DNA of 59,954 nucleotides, the filler included, from Sphacelaria rigidula (taxonomy: Eukaryota), in assembly GCA_964200075.2 (NCBI GenBank). It is 8 parts of 8 records of this genome, joined end to end, with 100 filler letters (N's around TTAATTAATTAA, not from the genome) between each part and the next. Parts side by side here need not be neighbours in the genome. Positions count along the whole stretch, not along the records: positions 22,523 to 29,929 come from CAXNAA020015066.1; positions 30,030 to 37,436 come from CAXNAA020015067.1; 6 more parts are not named here. One strand, 5' to 3'. Positions 24,659-36,690 of the stretch are shown piece by piece (position 1 is the stretch's first letter; every line of letters starts with the position of its first letter). The translations under genes and the position numbers were made by a program. The notes beneath the pieces are model-generated. The model saw nothing but the letters and a program-made list of their open reading frames with translations. It searched no databases and was not told the DNA's origin.

Positions 24659-25582
24659 TTGACGGCAGCAATTACGTTTTGGGAGCCACTGTGGAAATGT
24701 CGCCTACTATTGCCGACTACGAGCCGTATGAAGCGACATGCGTTCATTTTTGCCTCGGATTTTTTCGGCTCCCCCCCCCTCCGATCACCCGCCATCGGTG
24801 TCAATACTACGGCACGAAACATCACGAGCACACAACCCGGCAGCCGTCTCCATCCTCCAAAATATTGTTTGACATGGTGTGAAGCGTTTTGCCAGCGACG
24901 AAAACAGGCGAGCAGCGATGTCGCGGCGTCAGCTGCAGTCACACGGATGGGCTAAATCACAAGGAGGGAGGTTCCCCGGAAAGATGAGAAGATCCCCTAC
25001 TCAGGAGTTGCGGTGTACATAATGCTGAGAAAGCCTTCTTCGGGCGACTGCACATGAACGTGAGCTTGTCGGGCTGCTCTATGCGCAATAAAGGCCACAC
25101 GATGTCATATTTATCTCGCTCTCGCGAACGGAGACCAACACACGTCATCTTTGCTCGATCACCTCCCCGTTGTGCGAGCTTCTTGCACGAAACGAGACCG
25201 TAATCGTTATTGCAAACAAAACATGCAGCACTTGCCGTGTTTGATGGGCTTGTTCTTGTTAAACCTGATGAGAAAGTGGGCAACCCTTGCAGTGCACTTC
25301 ACCATCTGCTCGTCGAAGGCTATCCACAACCCGACCTCGGCAGCCTCACTCCACTCCCCATTCAGTATTTCCTCCCGTCTCCTGTGGAGCGAAAGAGGGT
25401 TAGGAGGGGGTGTTCTGTGCTACGGTGGGGGATGCGAGCGTCCGGGTTCTGCGCACAGACATCCTCGCATTCAAAACGATCAGAGGCCGGTGGTGGCAAC
25501 CCCACACAGATGTGATATCAAGTCTGGTTCTCGGTCATGTTTGGGCTGTTTTACCACGAAATCGAGGGGGGAACGGGAGACG

Positions 25583-25665
25583 CGTACTCGCTTGTTGCTT
25601 GCCTTAGTCGTTTGACCATTGACCACGAATCCCTTTCGAGATGGAGCACCGGTCCTACTCCTAAT
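25583..25665 (-). mobile_element. C-tail LINE 3' end, copy 4 (in piggyBac intron)
   Basis: Reverse complement of the same core; followed on its own strand by C-rich CGTCTCCCGTTCCCCCC. Confidence 0.8.
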
Positions 25666-26629
25666 GAAGCCACGTTCGATACTCGGTTCTTCCATACATT
25701 ACAAAACCCTTGACATATCTAATGCCCGTCCTGTTTCGCCGTCTGAGCCAAACATGGAAACACGCTGTCGCGCCCCCCTCCCCCCCATACATGTACCCAC
25801 CCACGCTCTCTGGAAGTATGTATACCTGATATGTGCTTTTCCGTCGTAGCCCTTCTCCCCTCTCTGTGAAAGGCCCCCATGTGCGAGGTGGAAGAAGCGC
25901 AACATGAGGAGGAGAAAAAAATCGCGCGGCATGGTCTTTCGGACATGCGGAAAGTTGTGCTTCCCCCCCCTCCCCCAATGCATGGTCATCCGCGGGAGCC
26001 TCGTGATCCCCATCTCGAGTTTAATTCCTAGCGCTCTATATATAGACATGTTCTTTCCGGAACCCGCCTTCTGGTACTCTGGTGTTGCCAAGCATTCTGG
26101 TTTTCCGGCGGTGTCGCTGTTCTCGTTTTTGCTGCTTGCCGTCATGCCCGGTCGGTTCCTCCTCCGCCGTGCACAAGGCGACGTAGTCATTCGTCTGCAA
26201 GCCGAGAACGGCAGCAGTGGCAAACATCCATGGAGGTCTTGCATCATAAATGAGGCGGCAGAGACACATCCCATGGATTCACTGGTTGCAAAAGCCGCCC
26301 GGAAAAACGGTGGCGGCATGCCAAACATTGATATGACCGCCGTGCAGAGATCGCCAGGAATCACATCACGAACGTGTATGAAGGGCAACAACGACGCCCG
26401 GAAGGTTGTACGTGTTGCGTGATGTGGATAACAGATCAATGGAGGGGGCGCCCGATAAATAGCAGAGGTGCATCGCGCAAGTCGCTTCGGTACTTTTCCC
26501 GACGTACCAGGATCGGGATACCCGACCGACGGCGATGAATCCCAGTTGCCATTAACGAGCCGAAGCGTTGTCAAACACATCAACTTGTCCAGTCTCCAAC
26601 CAGAGAGTTTCAGTGTCAATCATAAAATC

Positions 26630-26838
26630 CAAGTGCAGGTCGAGTAGAGTATACTCAATTACGGGGTAGTTTTAAAGTCGTACTTGAGGTGCACAAATTG
26701 GGGGGAAGATTTTAGGGATCGCTTTCCAGTTTCTTTTTTAGGTACGACTCCCAACACTATACGCCAATTTGAGTACCTCTTCTAGTACGTCTTCCAAAAT
26801 ACCCCGCAAATGAGTATACTCTACTCGACCTGCACTTG
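26630..26838. mobile_element. MITE of the same family as 10588-10792, opposite orientation, in piggyBac intron
   Basis: TIR CAAGTGCAGGTCGAGTAGAGTATACTCA; interior colinear with the reverse complement of 10588-10792; TSD not recognisable. Confidence 0.88.
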
Positions 26839-28429
26839 ACATAATAACATGGCGGTTCAACACGTGCCCAGGCAAACGCTGGGTACCGCTATGATTTTGA
26901 GGCGTCATCGGGGGCGATAACGCGCGAGTGCATTGGTCACAAATACTACATATTTTGCATACATCTATCCTCACGTATTTCACGATGAGATCGATCGCCT
27001 CCGGCGGGAACATGATGTCGAAGAATGACAGCACGAGATCCTCCACGCTCCCTTCGACCACGGCTTTATACTCCGCGCGGTCCACCTTCGGCAGGCGCTC
27101 CAGGGTTTTCTCCGATAGGGTGAACTCCGCGCTTCGACGCCGCCCCGCTTCGCGTTTGGGGCATGTTTCGTCTACTTTCAACCCCTCTGTGGTCCAGTTC
27201 GCCGAACCCACACCATCGGAATCGCCATCAGGGTCCACGCTCCTGTCCCCGTCGTCGTCGGGACGCTCGTCGTCGGCGTCGCCCTGGTGTTAGCGGATAT
27301 TGCGTGTGTCACGCACACGGGGGAGAGAGAAAGGGAATATCGCTGATGGACTCGAAAACACTCGAGACAGAGTGCATCGTACCTGTATTCCCACCGCGCG
27401 CGATGGAAAACGAAACTCGTGCTGTACAGTCCACACATACGCGCAAGTCATACACAATTCACAGTAGAAAGCTCCATGTGGCCCAAGCCTTTTTCATGTC
27501 GCATTGGAAGCAAGGAGAACAGGCAGTCCCGCGCTATTTGTACTTCATATGGCCCTCACCTCTTTCACATCATACTGCATAAAGCACGCACTCACGGACA
27601 CGCGCGCACACACTCTCAAGGCACGGTACATGCAGACAGTGCGGACAACACAGGCCGCCGGTACTGCACTCAAGCGAACTGTGACTCTTGACGAACTTCA
27701 CTGTCTTGCTGCGATCGCAACCTCGGCTTCTCCGTATTGTGCTATCAAAATTTCTGGCATAATTCCATCTTACCGTAAATACCATAGTGTTTCAGGAAGT
27801 AGCGTACAGCAGATCCGTGCTGGCTCAGTTTGGTTGGCCCAACCTGCACGCACCCGCCTTGCGTGTCTTGCCCCGATCACAGCACCCGACTATTACTGAA
27901 GTACATGGGAGGACGCAGTACACAGCTACACAGCCGTCCCTTGGCGATTTTTACAACCTTTCTTGGTTTCGACAGCACTTTGATCCCACCCCGAATCTGT
28001 GAAGACCGTTTCACTCGAGACGAAACAGCCAAAACACCATGAAGCGCTTCGCGAGGAGATATATTTCTTTACCTTGAGTTACCCCCCATCTGTGGGAGGT
28101 GAATCTAAATGCTGGCCTACTGCAATGTTTTGGGCGAAACACTCTTTTATCACCGACCGCCTGTCTGAAATACGTGAATGCTGTGGAATTAGTCGTTCGC
28201 CGATAGTGATCACAATATAAAACCGGCAGTCTGATCGATGCTAGCATCATAAGTATAGATCTGAATACCACCATCAACACCACAAACATAGAGTGGCGGG
28301 TGGGTCTGTATCCGATAAAACATTGTAATGCTCCGAAAAGTGTGGATTTCTCAACTGCTCCGGAAAGTGCGGGTGCCTCGTTTTCGAGGTTTCTGCCAGT
28401 ACAAAACTACGCCAGAGATGTTCGAAGAC

Positions 28430-29500
28430 ATCAACTATGTAGCGAACACCCTACAGCCGTATCGAATACTCGTATCCTTCAATCTCACCTCTACCGGTGT
28501 GTTCTTCGAAGGCTTCATCCTGGCGACCGTCTTGTATACTTCTTGGTACAGCTTCTCGGCAATTTTTTATGCATCCTTCAACACTGCCGCCCACGTTTTA
28601 GGGATCGATGCCTGCCCGCCTCGCGTCTCCAGTTCGTCCTTCCCACCCTTCAACTCACCGTCAGACCCGTAATACGGTTCGGCCTCTCCATCATCGGCTT
28701 CTTCACCTCTGCCTCTATTTTCTTCGGCTTTCCCTGACGTTCCAGTCCCAACCCGCCGACACCCCAGTTCTTGTGCTTACCATAAAAAAACTTGCCGGCC
28801 TTGCGACGGGCCCCCTGTTGAATTTCAACCACTCGTCGTTCGGGTATCTCGCGCGCTCGTATGAATCAAAGAAATCATATAGCTCGCCTGTCTCAACTCT
28901 ATTGCCGACGTTTCCGAGACGTGTCCTATGATGCTTGCACTCCGTCTCTTGTTTCCCTGTTTATCTAATAGGACTACCCTAACCTGATCTGGTTCGTGTT
29001 TCAATGTTTGTTTCACAAAATTGTCCAGACATAGCGCGGTGTCAGTGCCGCTTATTTGTCGTCCACGCGTGTTTAGGGCAGCCGGGAGAGTGCGGTTAAA
29101 GAATATTTGAAATAAGGCATATTGGAAGGAACGGATGGATCTGGGGGTGTACGTTTGGTCCAACACGTTGAGTCTACGGCCCCGTCCCACTTGTCCGTAC
29201 CCTTTCAACGGTACTTTGACATCCTCGGTGGTTTGCGGGACGGTAGTCCATCGATACCTTAAGTCATCTACATAAATACCTCACTCATGCTGCTGCGGGC
29301 TCCACCCTTTTTGGCTGCAAATTAGTCTGGGCATAACGGAGGTTCGACACAGGACCAAGAGTAGGATGCGGGCCACCGGTATCGACTCTTTCGTCGGTCG
29401 GGGGTAGGCAGGATATTTCAGTGCACAGTCGATGACCTGTGGTATGGATAACGGATGTACATATGCAGTGAGTGTGATGGAAGTCAATCTCCAAATCAGG
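28430..29500 (-). pseudogene. Decayed coding-like sequence of unknown family
   Basis: Chain of protein-like fragments (IYVDDLRY...KGYGQ...LNTRG; ELYDFFDSYE...KPKKIEAEVKK; KIAEKLYQEVYK) broken by stops and frameshifts; no family recognised. Confidence 0.3.
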
Positions 29501-29929
29501 ACTACAAAAGGCAACTCTTTACCGTCGTCGTAAGTTGAGACCGGCCTTTTCCCAGCGTCTACACCCGTATAATCGAGCGAACTCGAGGTAGTCTTTGTTC
29601 GTAATGTCCAGGCAGAAATGATCCTGCAAAATAGCATGGTGTGTGTTAGTTCAATGTGCGCGTATTTAGTGTGTATCAGTGTTGTCAGGTCACAAATCAG
29701 TTGTCGCTGGATAACTAAAGTTGACATATGCTCATCACTGGTACCCACAACAGACACTAATAATCGTCCCTGATGTAGCACTCCGAAAAACGTTCTTCGA
29801 GTCTTCCCTCTTTGTGTATCGTTGAATAGAGCAGCTCGTGTTCGGTTCAGTCGGCGACTGTTGTTTCTTTTCTTCCCCCCCCCCCTATTTTTTTGCCACT
29901 AAATTTCAACAACTGCAGACACTTTCTAC

Positions 29930-30029
29930 NNNNNNNNNNNNNNNNNNNNNNNNNNNNNNNNNNNNNNNNNNNNTTAATTAATTAANNNNNNNNNNNNNNN
30001 NNNNNNNNNNNNNNNNNNNNNNNNNNNNN
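29930..30029. other. Artificial contig spacer
   Basis: N44-TTAATTAATTAA-N44. Confidence 0.99.
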
Positions 30030-31852
30030 GTGCTTTTCATCGTCTCATCATTGCCATGTGCTCATAGCTACACGTTGATATCCTACTCAGGGGGATCGAG
30101 GGCCTCAGTGGCAAGCTACTACAGAGAGAATATTGGACCTGGTAGAGGTGCAATTCGGAACTGAAACGGCTTATTCACTTATTGACCGCTTTTCACTCTC
30201 AATCGTACCTTCAATTATCAATTTCACGAAAACGTTGTCAATGCGCTTTCATTTTTTTTTTAAAGGTAAAGGCGTTCTCGTGAGAATACGGTATTCACTA
30301 GACTAAAACGTCCTAAACCAGTGAAAGAAATAGAAACAAACATGTCCTACTTTGTTTGGTTCATTATGCCTTAGCGAGGTCTCAAAAAAATCAAAACACA
30401 AGTAATAAACCTGGGGCAGTGAGTGGCTTGCGAAATACTGTACCGAATTTCAACCGGCCCGGTCTGCATCGCCCCGCCTCCCCTCTATTTCGAGAGTTGG
30501 ACTTTGAAATTTGATACGGAGAATGAATATGGCACAAGAAAAAATAGTATCCATGGGTTTTATCTTTTATATCATGCTCTACTCAGACTCATTTTTATGG
30601 CCACGAATCTCAATTTTTTTGGGACCCCAATTTTGCACAGACGGTCATTTTCTGCATGAGTGCGGTACTGCGTACTCATGCATGAAGCCGAAGAGCAGGC
30701 AGGCGGTAAACAATCCTTCGAGTACAGTGTCGCACCTTGATACCCTAGGGTAATACAGTGCAGGACACTACAATAATACAGTACATGATAATGCCGTATG
30801 GTGGTACATGATGGCACAGCCGGTATTGCGAGAACAGAGAACAAACTGTGCGCGAGCAAAGTTCTGTAGTATAGTGCCGTACATCACCCCTCAAGTACAG
30901 CGACAATAGCTAGGAGAGTACAGTAGCGTTCGTGATGGTGATGCATATGGCAGCGCAGCGCAGCACTTAATATCACCATCGCCGTAGGGTACGGCGTCAG
31001 CACTCATTATCCGCTTGTCAAACCCCGTGCGAAGTTGCTTCAGCAGCTGGGGCGGGCAGTAGGCACGCCCTGTGCTGTCACGTGACCGTCTTCTGCTGCC
31101 GTGGCAAAATTATTAAACGCCTCGTACCCTAGCATTGTACGTCAACGCACGTGAGTCACCTCAGAAAAATGGGGGGAAGTCACGATCTCGGAACGATTTC
31201 CCCCAATTTTTTCGAAAAATCGGGAGAAGTTTTCGCCCCCGATTTGGTCCAAATCGGTGTCCATAAAATGCGTTCCCCGATTTTTTTCCCCGATGCTCGA
31301 AAAAATCGAGATTCGTATCTACCATGAAAGTGAGTCTCTGATAAGACGTGCGGTCGACTCAAATTCGTATAAACGTGCGGTCGACTCAAATTCGCTCGTT
31401 TCTGATTCGTCCACGCTACTATTTTTTTCAGATGGCTGAGAACATGAATGCCGTGGACGTATCAGGTACAAGCAAATTCGATTCCACCGTACGTTTTCGT
31501 TCTCCGTACCAAACGTTGCAGTAATATTTTTCATGAGTAAACTTAGAGTGCATACGACCGTAAATATTTTGTTTCTATCATGGCCTATTCACTCGAAGTT
31601 CTTTAGTTAACTATTAAAAAAAAATTGGGGTTCAATAAGGCTAGGGTTAGGGTTAGTATCCCTGGGTACGACTGTGAAAGTACTCAGAATTCCAGGGCAC
31701 CTCTGGTATCAACAACCAAAAATACTCAGTCTGCAGTTACCGAGAACGCAAAGTCATCACTTTGTCGACTCCCGAACATGCCCAATATTACGAGGGATCC
31801 CCGCCATGTTGTAGAGACCGTCGAACTACACCAACCTTGCACATGAACATAC

Positions 31853-32410
31853 CAGTGAGCAGGAAGCTTCTCATCAGGTCGCCGTTGCCCCCATCGGCCG
31901 CTGTGCTGGAACCGCCACGAAGAGGACGTTGTAGCACGCTAGCGCCATCACCGTCAACGTTTTCTTTCAACGCCGCAGTAGAGTTGCTCCTCCTACCGCT
32001 GTTGGCACCAACTGTGCTCCTCCTGCTGCTTCGAGCGGAGTCGCCAATGTTACCACCGCAACCACGGCTACTAACACCACCACCACCATGTCTGATGCTA
32101 AATAAGTCGCCGCAGCTGCCTCTAGCGGCCCTCCGGCGTCGCGCTATTGGTCCTCGTTCGCTGTGATAGCTTGACCAGTTACAGATGCTACAAGGTCGCG
32201 GCTGAGAGTGGAGGGAGCCAACGACTCTGGTGGTGGTGTTGATGGATCCTGTTCGTAGCAGTAGCCTTGCGCCGCCGGCGTCGCAGGCAGAAAAATCGGC
32301 GACTGATGGTGGGACCGCCGCAGTGTGACAGCATTGCAGCACTGATGCGAAGGTGGCTTGCCTTTGCGCACCGCGGTTGTAGTGGGCTAGCTTGGTGGAA
32401 GATCGCTGTA

Positions 32411-32414
<4 letters not shown>
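31853..32414 (-). CDS. Candidate first exon of an unknown gene
   Basis: ATG immediately after an (AG)n tract, 187 open codons (MLQRSSTKLAH...RSFLLT), strong donor TG|GTATGT; no downstream exon or domain identified. Confidence 0.35.
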
Positions 32415-32449
<35 letters not shown>

Positions 32450-35400
32450 GGGGGGTTGTGTGTATGTGTGTCGCTCGATCCAGCGTGGAGCAGACTATTT
32501 CTTGGCTGGGAAGTTCGAGCACCTGGAGGCGGGCCAATCGAGATTGATAGCCACTGCAGTACTTCGGCTGACTCTCTCCCTCTCTAGCCTGTCCTGTGTT
32601 GAGCTCTTTTCCGCCGGGTAGGTATTCTGGTTCTACCTGACTTTTAATTTTGGGTCAGCCTGTGTGTGTGAAGGCGCGGCGGGAAGGGCGGGGATGCGGA
32701 CCCGTGAAGAGATTTGTACAGATCCCACATCATGCAGAGGGACGTGGTGAGCACATGTTGGCCGTTCTTGGGAACGGAGGGGTCGGTGGGTGTATAACTC
32801 GTTGTTCAAAGAGGGGGGGGGGAAACGGACGCTTTTACCAAGACTCCAAAATTTCACACTGTTCAAGACTTCGTGTGGACCGCGGTTCGTGAGAGCGAAA
32901 ACACCCCCACCTCCCCGTAATAGATCCTATAGCCATGGGAATTCTCTTCTCTCCAAACCATTGTACCTCAGCTCTTGCTGCATCTGTATAATACAGGCCA
33001 CATCATGATAGAGCGGAACAGTGCTGTGTTGTCAAGTGTGAGCGTCTGTTCTTCAAGTTGCGGTGCCTTGAGAATTGCAGCATCACAATCCATACAGTAT
33101 TCCTACACTCAGTACGCAGACAGTTGTGCGCTACTAGTTGTAGTTCAAGTCAGTGTCCGAAGCTGTGCTCTGATGTCTCAGAACCATATTGCCACTGACA
33201 ACAGAACAAACCCTCAAAATACATAGCTCAACGACAAATTACCAGAAAGTTCGGGCTCAAGTATTCGCGCTACTCTTTTCACCTACGGCTTACCGACATA
33301 CAACCTTAGTCCGTGCTCGCGCTTCCTGTCGCTCACAAACTCCTTAGTACCGCTGTTCTGTCCCTCAGCACATAACCCTCGAAACTTGAAATTGGAGAAC
33401 ATTCAGGCACCGGACATATGCGGGGCAACTAAGAAGCCAATCAGCACCTTCGCAGAAGTTGAACAGGGAAAAGAAAGTTTGCTTCAAATTTGAATTTTCA
33501 CATCCCTCTGAAATGAAAAGTTTGCTTCAAATTTGAATTTCTGCACCTCGCTCGCTCTCAGGAACTTACTTTCCCGTCCCACCCAGTCCCACCTGTACAA
33601 AATAAGGCTGTGTTTTCACGAAAGGAGGAAGATGATTATCATTTCGTGATAGAGATAATGAAGTGACAATTCACAACTTCATTATCACGAGCAATCACGC
33701 GCGGTTCTAATCTAGGGTGGGAAACAAGTGATGCAAAAGTGAAGGCAACAGCACACGAACAGACCAGCGACTTCAAGCAGGGCGGCAGTCACGCGTAAAG
33801 GGGTATGGGTATTGTCGAAGGTCGAAACGCGGACCGCCTCCCACACGAGGAGGAGAAGGGGCAATAGCAGCAGCATCATCAGCATCTTTGCTACCAGTAT
33901 ATGTACGCGGCTGGGAGTGGGTCTGAATCGGCCGGTGCCGATACTGCTGCCGATGCTGCTGCTCGGTTGTGGCCATGCAGTGTGCCACTGCAAAGTCCCT
34001 TCCAGCTTTGAACCTCGTACAGTATCGTTCTATATTTAGAAATAGATAATGACGAGAAAGGGCAGGCGGAGACTTTCATTAGATGATGACCAGGGCGATA
34101 TAAATGGACAAACGCCCCCAGCGACCTAGGTGGCAATTGTTTCCACTCTCCGCAACTTTGACTTTAGTGGCCCCTTGCTTACCTGATATCGTGACGTAAC
34201 CTGTGCCGATAGGACATCGCAAGGCAACGTGCGCATCGAGCTCGGTGAAGACAACACAAGGTCAGCAATCCCAACCAACGTTCATCCACACGTGAAGCTA
34301 AATGGTTCCGAGTGAAGAACAACACCCGATAACATGAGTTCCGCTCGGCGGAACAAGTTCTAATAGCTGGCGCTGAGCTGCTTGAGTGCGGGAGGAGAAA
34401 CCTTGATGATACGGTACTCGACTTTTGACTGCAACATAGGTTCTTTATTTACCCCATTGTATATACTTGGACACTGCCGGAGCAACTCGAAGCGGCCTTT
34501 AAATTAACAAACAGCCAGCGTTCCGGGGTTGAACATCGGTTTTGGTTGAACCTCACTCCTGAAAAAAAATCCAATGTCGGTCGCACTGAACTGCGGTCAG
34601 TTGTACTACACCACGGATTGCTACGAGTACGCCTTCTCAGCCTCTAATTTGACCTCGTCGCGGAAGGCGGGGAGGGTTGCTGCTGCAACCACAGATAGCC
34701 TGTTTAGCTGGGTGGCCTAATGGACAGTTCATGTTATGCGCCAGATAGCATCGAGATCTCCAGTACGATCAGAGAACAAGGCGTTGAGAACGTTAGCGAG
34801 CGGATGCATGCTGCTTCGAGGAGCCCAAGTATTATGCGCTTGACTCCCGAAAAGCCTCATCCAACTCGAGTCGGAAATATTCGTTTAACGTGTCAGTGAC
34901 GACACTCACCGACTCCTGACTCTTAATGAAAGTCATCATCAGCATCCTAACAGATTCCACAGAATACGACATAACGCTTTATTTGTCCTCTCGTACAACT
35001 GAGCGCGTGTCTTGTCCCGCTTCTGATGTGTCAAAAAAAAGTATTGTTGAAAAGTCAGAGCCTTTTCGGCGCTTCACCGTCGGTTTGTGCGCGACACCTC
35101 GGAATGACTTGCTCTGCTTGTTGAGACCGTTCCAGGGCACCTTTGCGCTTCCCGTAGGTCAGGCGGGGTATTATCGAAAGCGATCATCACTTTTCGAAAA
35201 ATCACTCTCTTTTTTGAGGGGACCTGAGGATTTGTACGTAAACAGGTTGATCAGAAATATCACGGAATGCTCCACAATCTGCCACAATTACACGCTCTGC
35301 TTACAGGTTTGTGGTCTCATGTTTAGAATTTGTTCGTTCTGCCCACCTGCCGGGTTCAGAAATTTAGAACCTCTCCGGTTCGAGACTATAACGAAGGGTA

Positions 35401-35808
35401 CTTGCACATTTCGAGCTTGTTTTGCCGTGTTGCTGTAGCTAGTATTCTGTATGCACCTCAATCAGTGACCTGAGCAAGAACGCATGAGGTGGCTGAACAA
35501 ACGTCTGCTGATGTCTGATCGACACCGATGGAGAATTGCTACTGCATGCGTGAAGTTAGTAATTTGGAGGGAAGAACGACTGCTGTACAGCCCTGCCAGG
35601 AAGGCATTGAGGGGAAAGAGGGACAAGTTGTGAAGGCGTGGATTGCGAGGCCGTTTGGAGTACCGGGGAGAGCGATGACAGAGTGGAGGAGGGTGAAATA
35701 TTGGAGAAGAGAGAGGTTTTCTCCCGCTCTTTTCCCACGGGTTATGTGGTGCAAAATATCGCGGAAGAGATCGTTGTAGGGAGTATTATCTTACGTCACT
35801 CACGGTAC

Positions 35809-35875
35809 TATTATTATTTATTATTATATCCGTCACATTAACTCGCTCTCTCGAACCCGTGGTCACAGAGTGCGA
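35809..35875 (-). mobile_element. RTE-family 3' end fragment with (TAA)n tail
   Basis: TCTGTGACCACGGGTTCGAGAGA.CG...TAATGTG.CGGA matches the RTE 3' end at ~51005-51050. Confidence 0.75.
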
Positions 35876-36235
35876 GGAGCATACCACCAATATACCCTTG
35901 AACCTAAACAGCCCGCAGAAAGAGGCAAGAAACAAAACATTTACACGAAAAAAGGCCACCCACACTACGATAGATCCGTATGAGACTGATTGAACTACAG
36001 AAGACGTACTTGTACTGGAATCAGTCCCCGCGTGTGACCTCTCCGACTACTTTGCCACGTACTGGTGGTGACGATCGAAAATATTGAATTATTCAAGGGA
36101 GTGTTATATCGCGCCACTGATGCTACGTCTGAGAGCACGTCGAAAGGTTTTTGGGATGTCCGACCAGTGCCAGGACCCCATTGCTTGCACGAATTTGAAA
36201 GATATGTGCCCTTCCGCCGGACCAATATGTGCCGC

Positions 36236-36320
36236 CGCCCCGCGATGGTGTCATGGTGCGACTGTCGCCGTTAGGGTGGAGAAGACAAGGGTTCGATTCC
36301 CGATGCGTCAGTTTTTCTTT
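36236..36320 (+). mobile_element. tRNA-like head (SINE or tRNA pseudogene)
   Basis: A-box-like TGGTGTCATGG (36246-36256), B box GGTTCGATTCC (36290-36300), T-run downstream; no proper cloverleaf. Confidence 0.55.
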
Positions 36321-36536
36321 GTAGTATCTGATTTCCCAATCCGCGGTTGTTTGAGGAGAGTTAACGAGGAGCGGTGGTGCTAACCCAATCCGCGAGAGCA
36401 AAATGCAAGGCGTGTACCGGGGAGAGATGGGTTGATCGCTTGAGGCCACGGACTCGTTCCGAGGAAGGGGAGGGGTTCACGGTTAGGACAAATCATCACG
36501 ACTACGAATCATCAAATCCACGATTTCNNNNNNNNN

Positions 36537-36690
36537 TTTGCGCCATTCCACGTGTCTGGGCTGCGTGTGCCTGGGTTGCAACGCTGAAAACAAGCCTAGG
36601 GATTGATTCGTTATGATTCGAATCAAGTATAATGGAACCAAGTAATTTTCAGACGAATCGTTATTTGTCCGACCCTCGGAGGGGTTCAAA
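36537..36690. repeat. Dispersed repeat (inverted copy at ~59795-59918)
   Basis: TTTGCGCCATT.CA.GTGTCTGGGCTGCGTGT.CCTGGGTTGCAACGCTGAAA...GCCTAGG shared. Confidence 0.8.

Larger units (their letters stand above)
23394..27283 (-). pseudogene. Intron-containing piggyBac-type (DDE_Tnp_1_7 / PGBD-like) transposase gene, probably disabled
   Basis: Phase-compatible exons 26975-27283, 25826-26194, 25236-25381, 23606-24074 and (tentative) 23394-23462 give FFDIMFPPEAIDLIVKY|TNDY...MPRDFF...RFFHL...DGKAHIR|...IAFDEQMVK...NKPIKHG|IKVWAVC...AMNNFFTSP...GTVRKNR; frameshift in the TA run at ~26037-26044. Confidence 0.85.

Noticed and set aside
26195-26619. N-terminal part of the 306-aa ORF as transposase sequence
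   Set aside because: The conserved IVKY|TNDY join skips it; it lies in the predicted intron and has no recognisable motif.
29255-29285. YVDD as a reverse-transcriptase active site
   Set aside because: No other RT motifs are found around it.
31641-31656. Telomere
   Set aside because: Only about 2.5 TTAGGG units, internal to a contig.
33474-33540. 24-bp direct repeat AAAGTTTGCTTCAAATTTGAATTT x2
   Set aside because: Real, but only two copies with no further structure; treated as a local duplication.
35528-35790. Possible LINE C-terminal fragment
   Set aside because: Only a vague resemblance (EERL...GKR); cannot be supported without a search.
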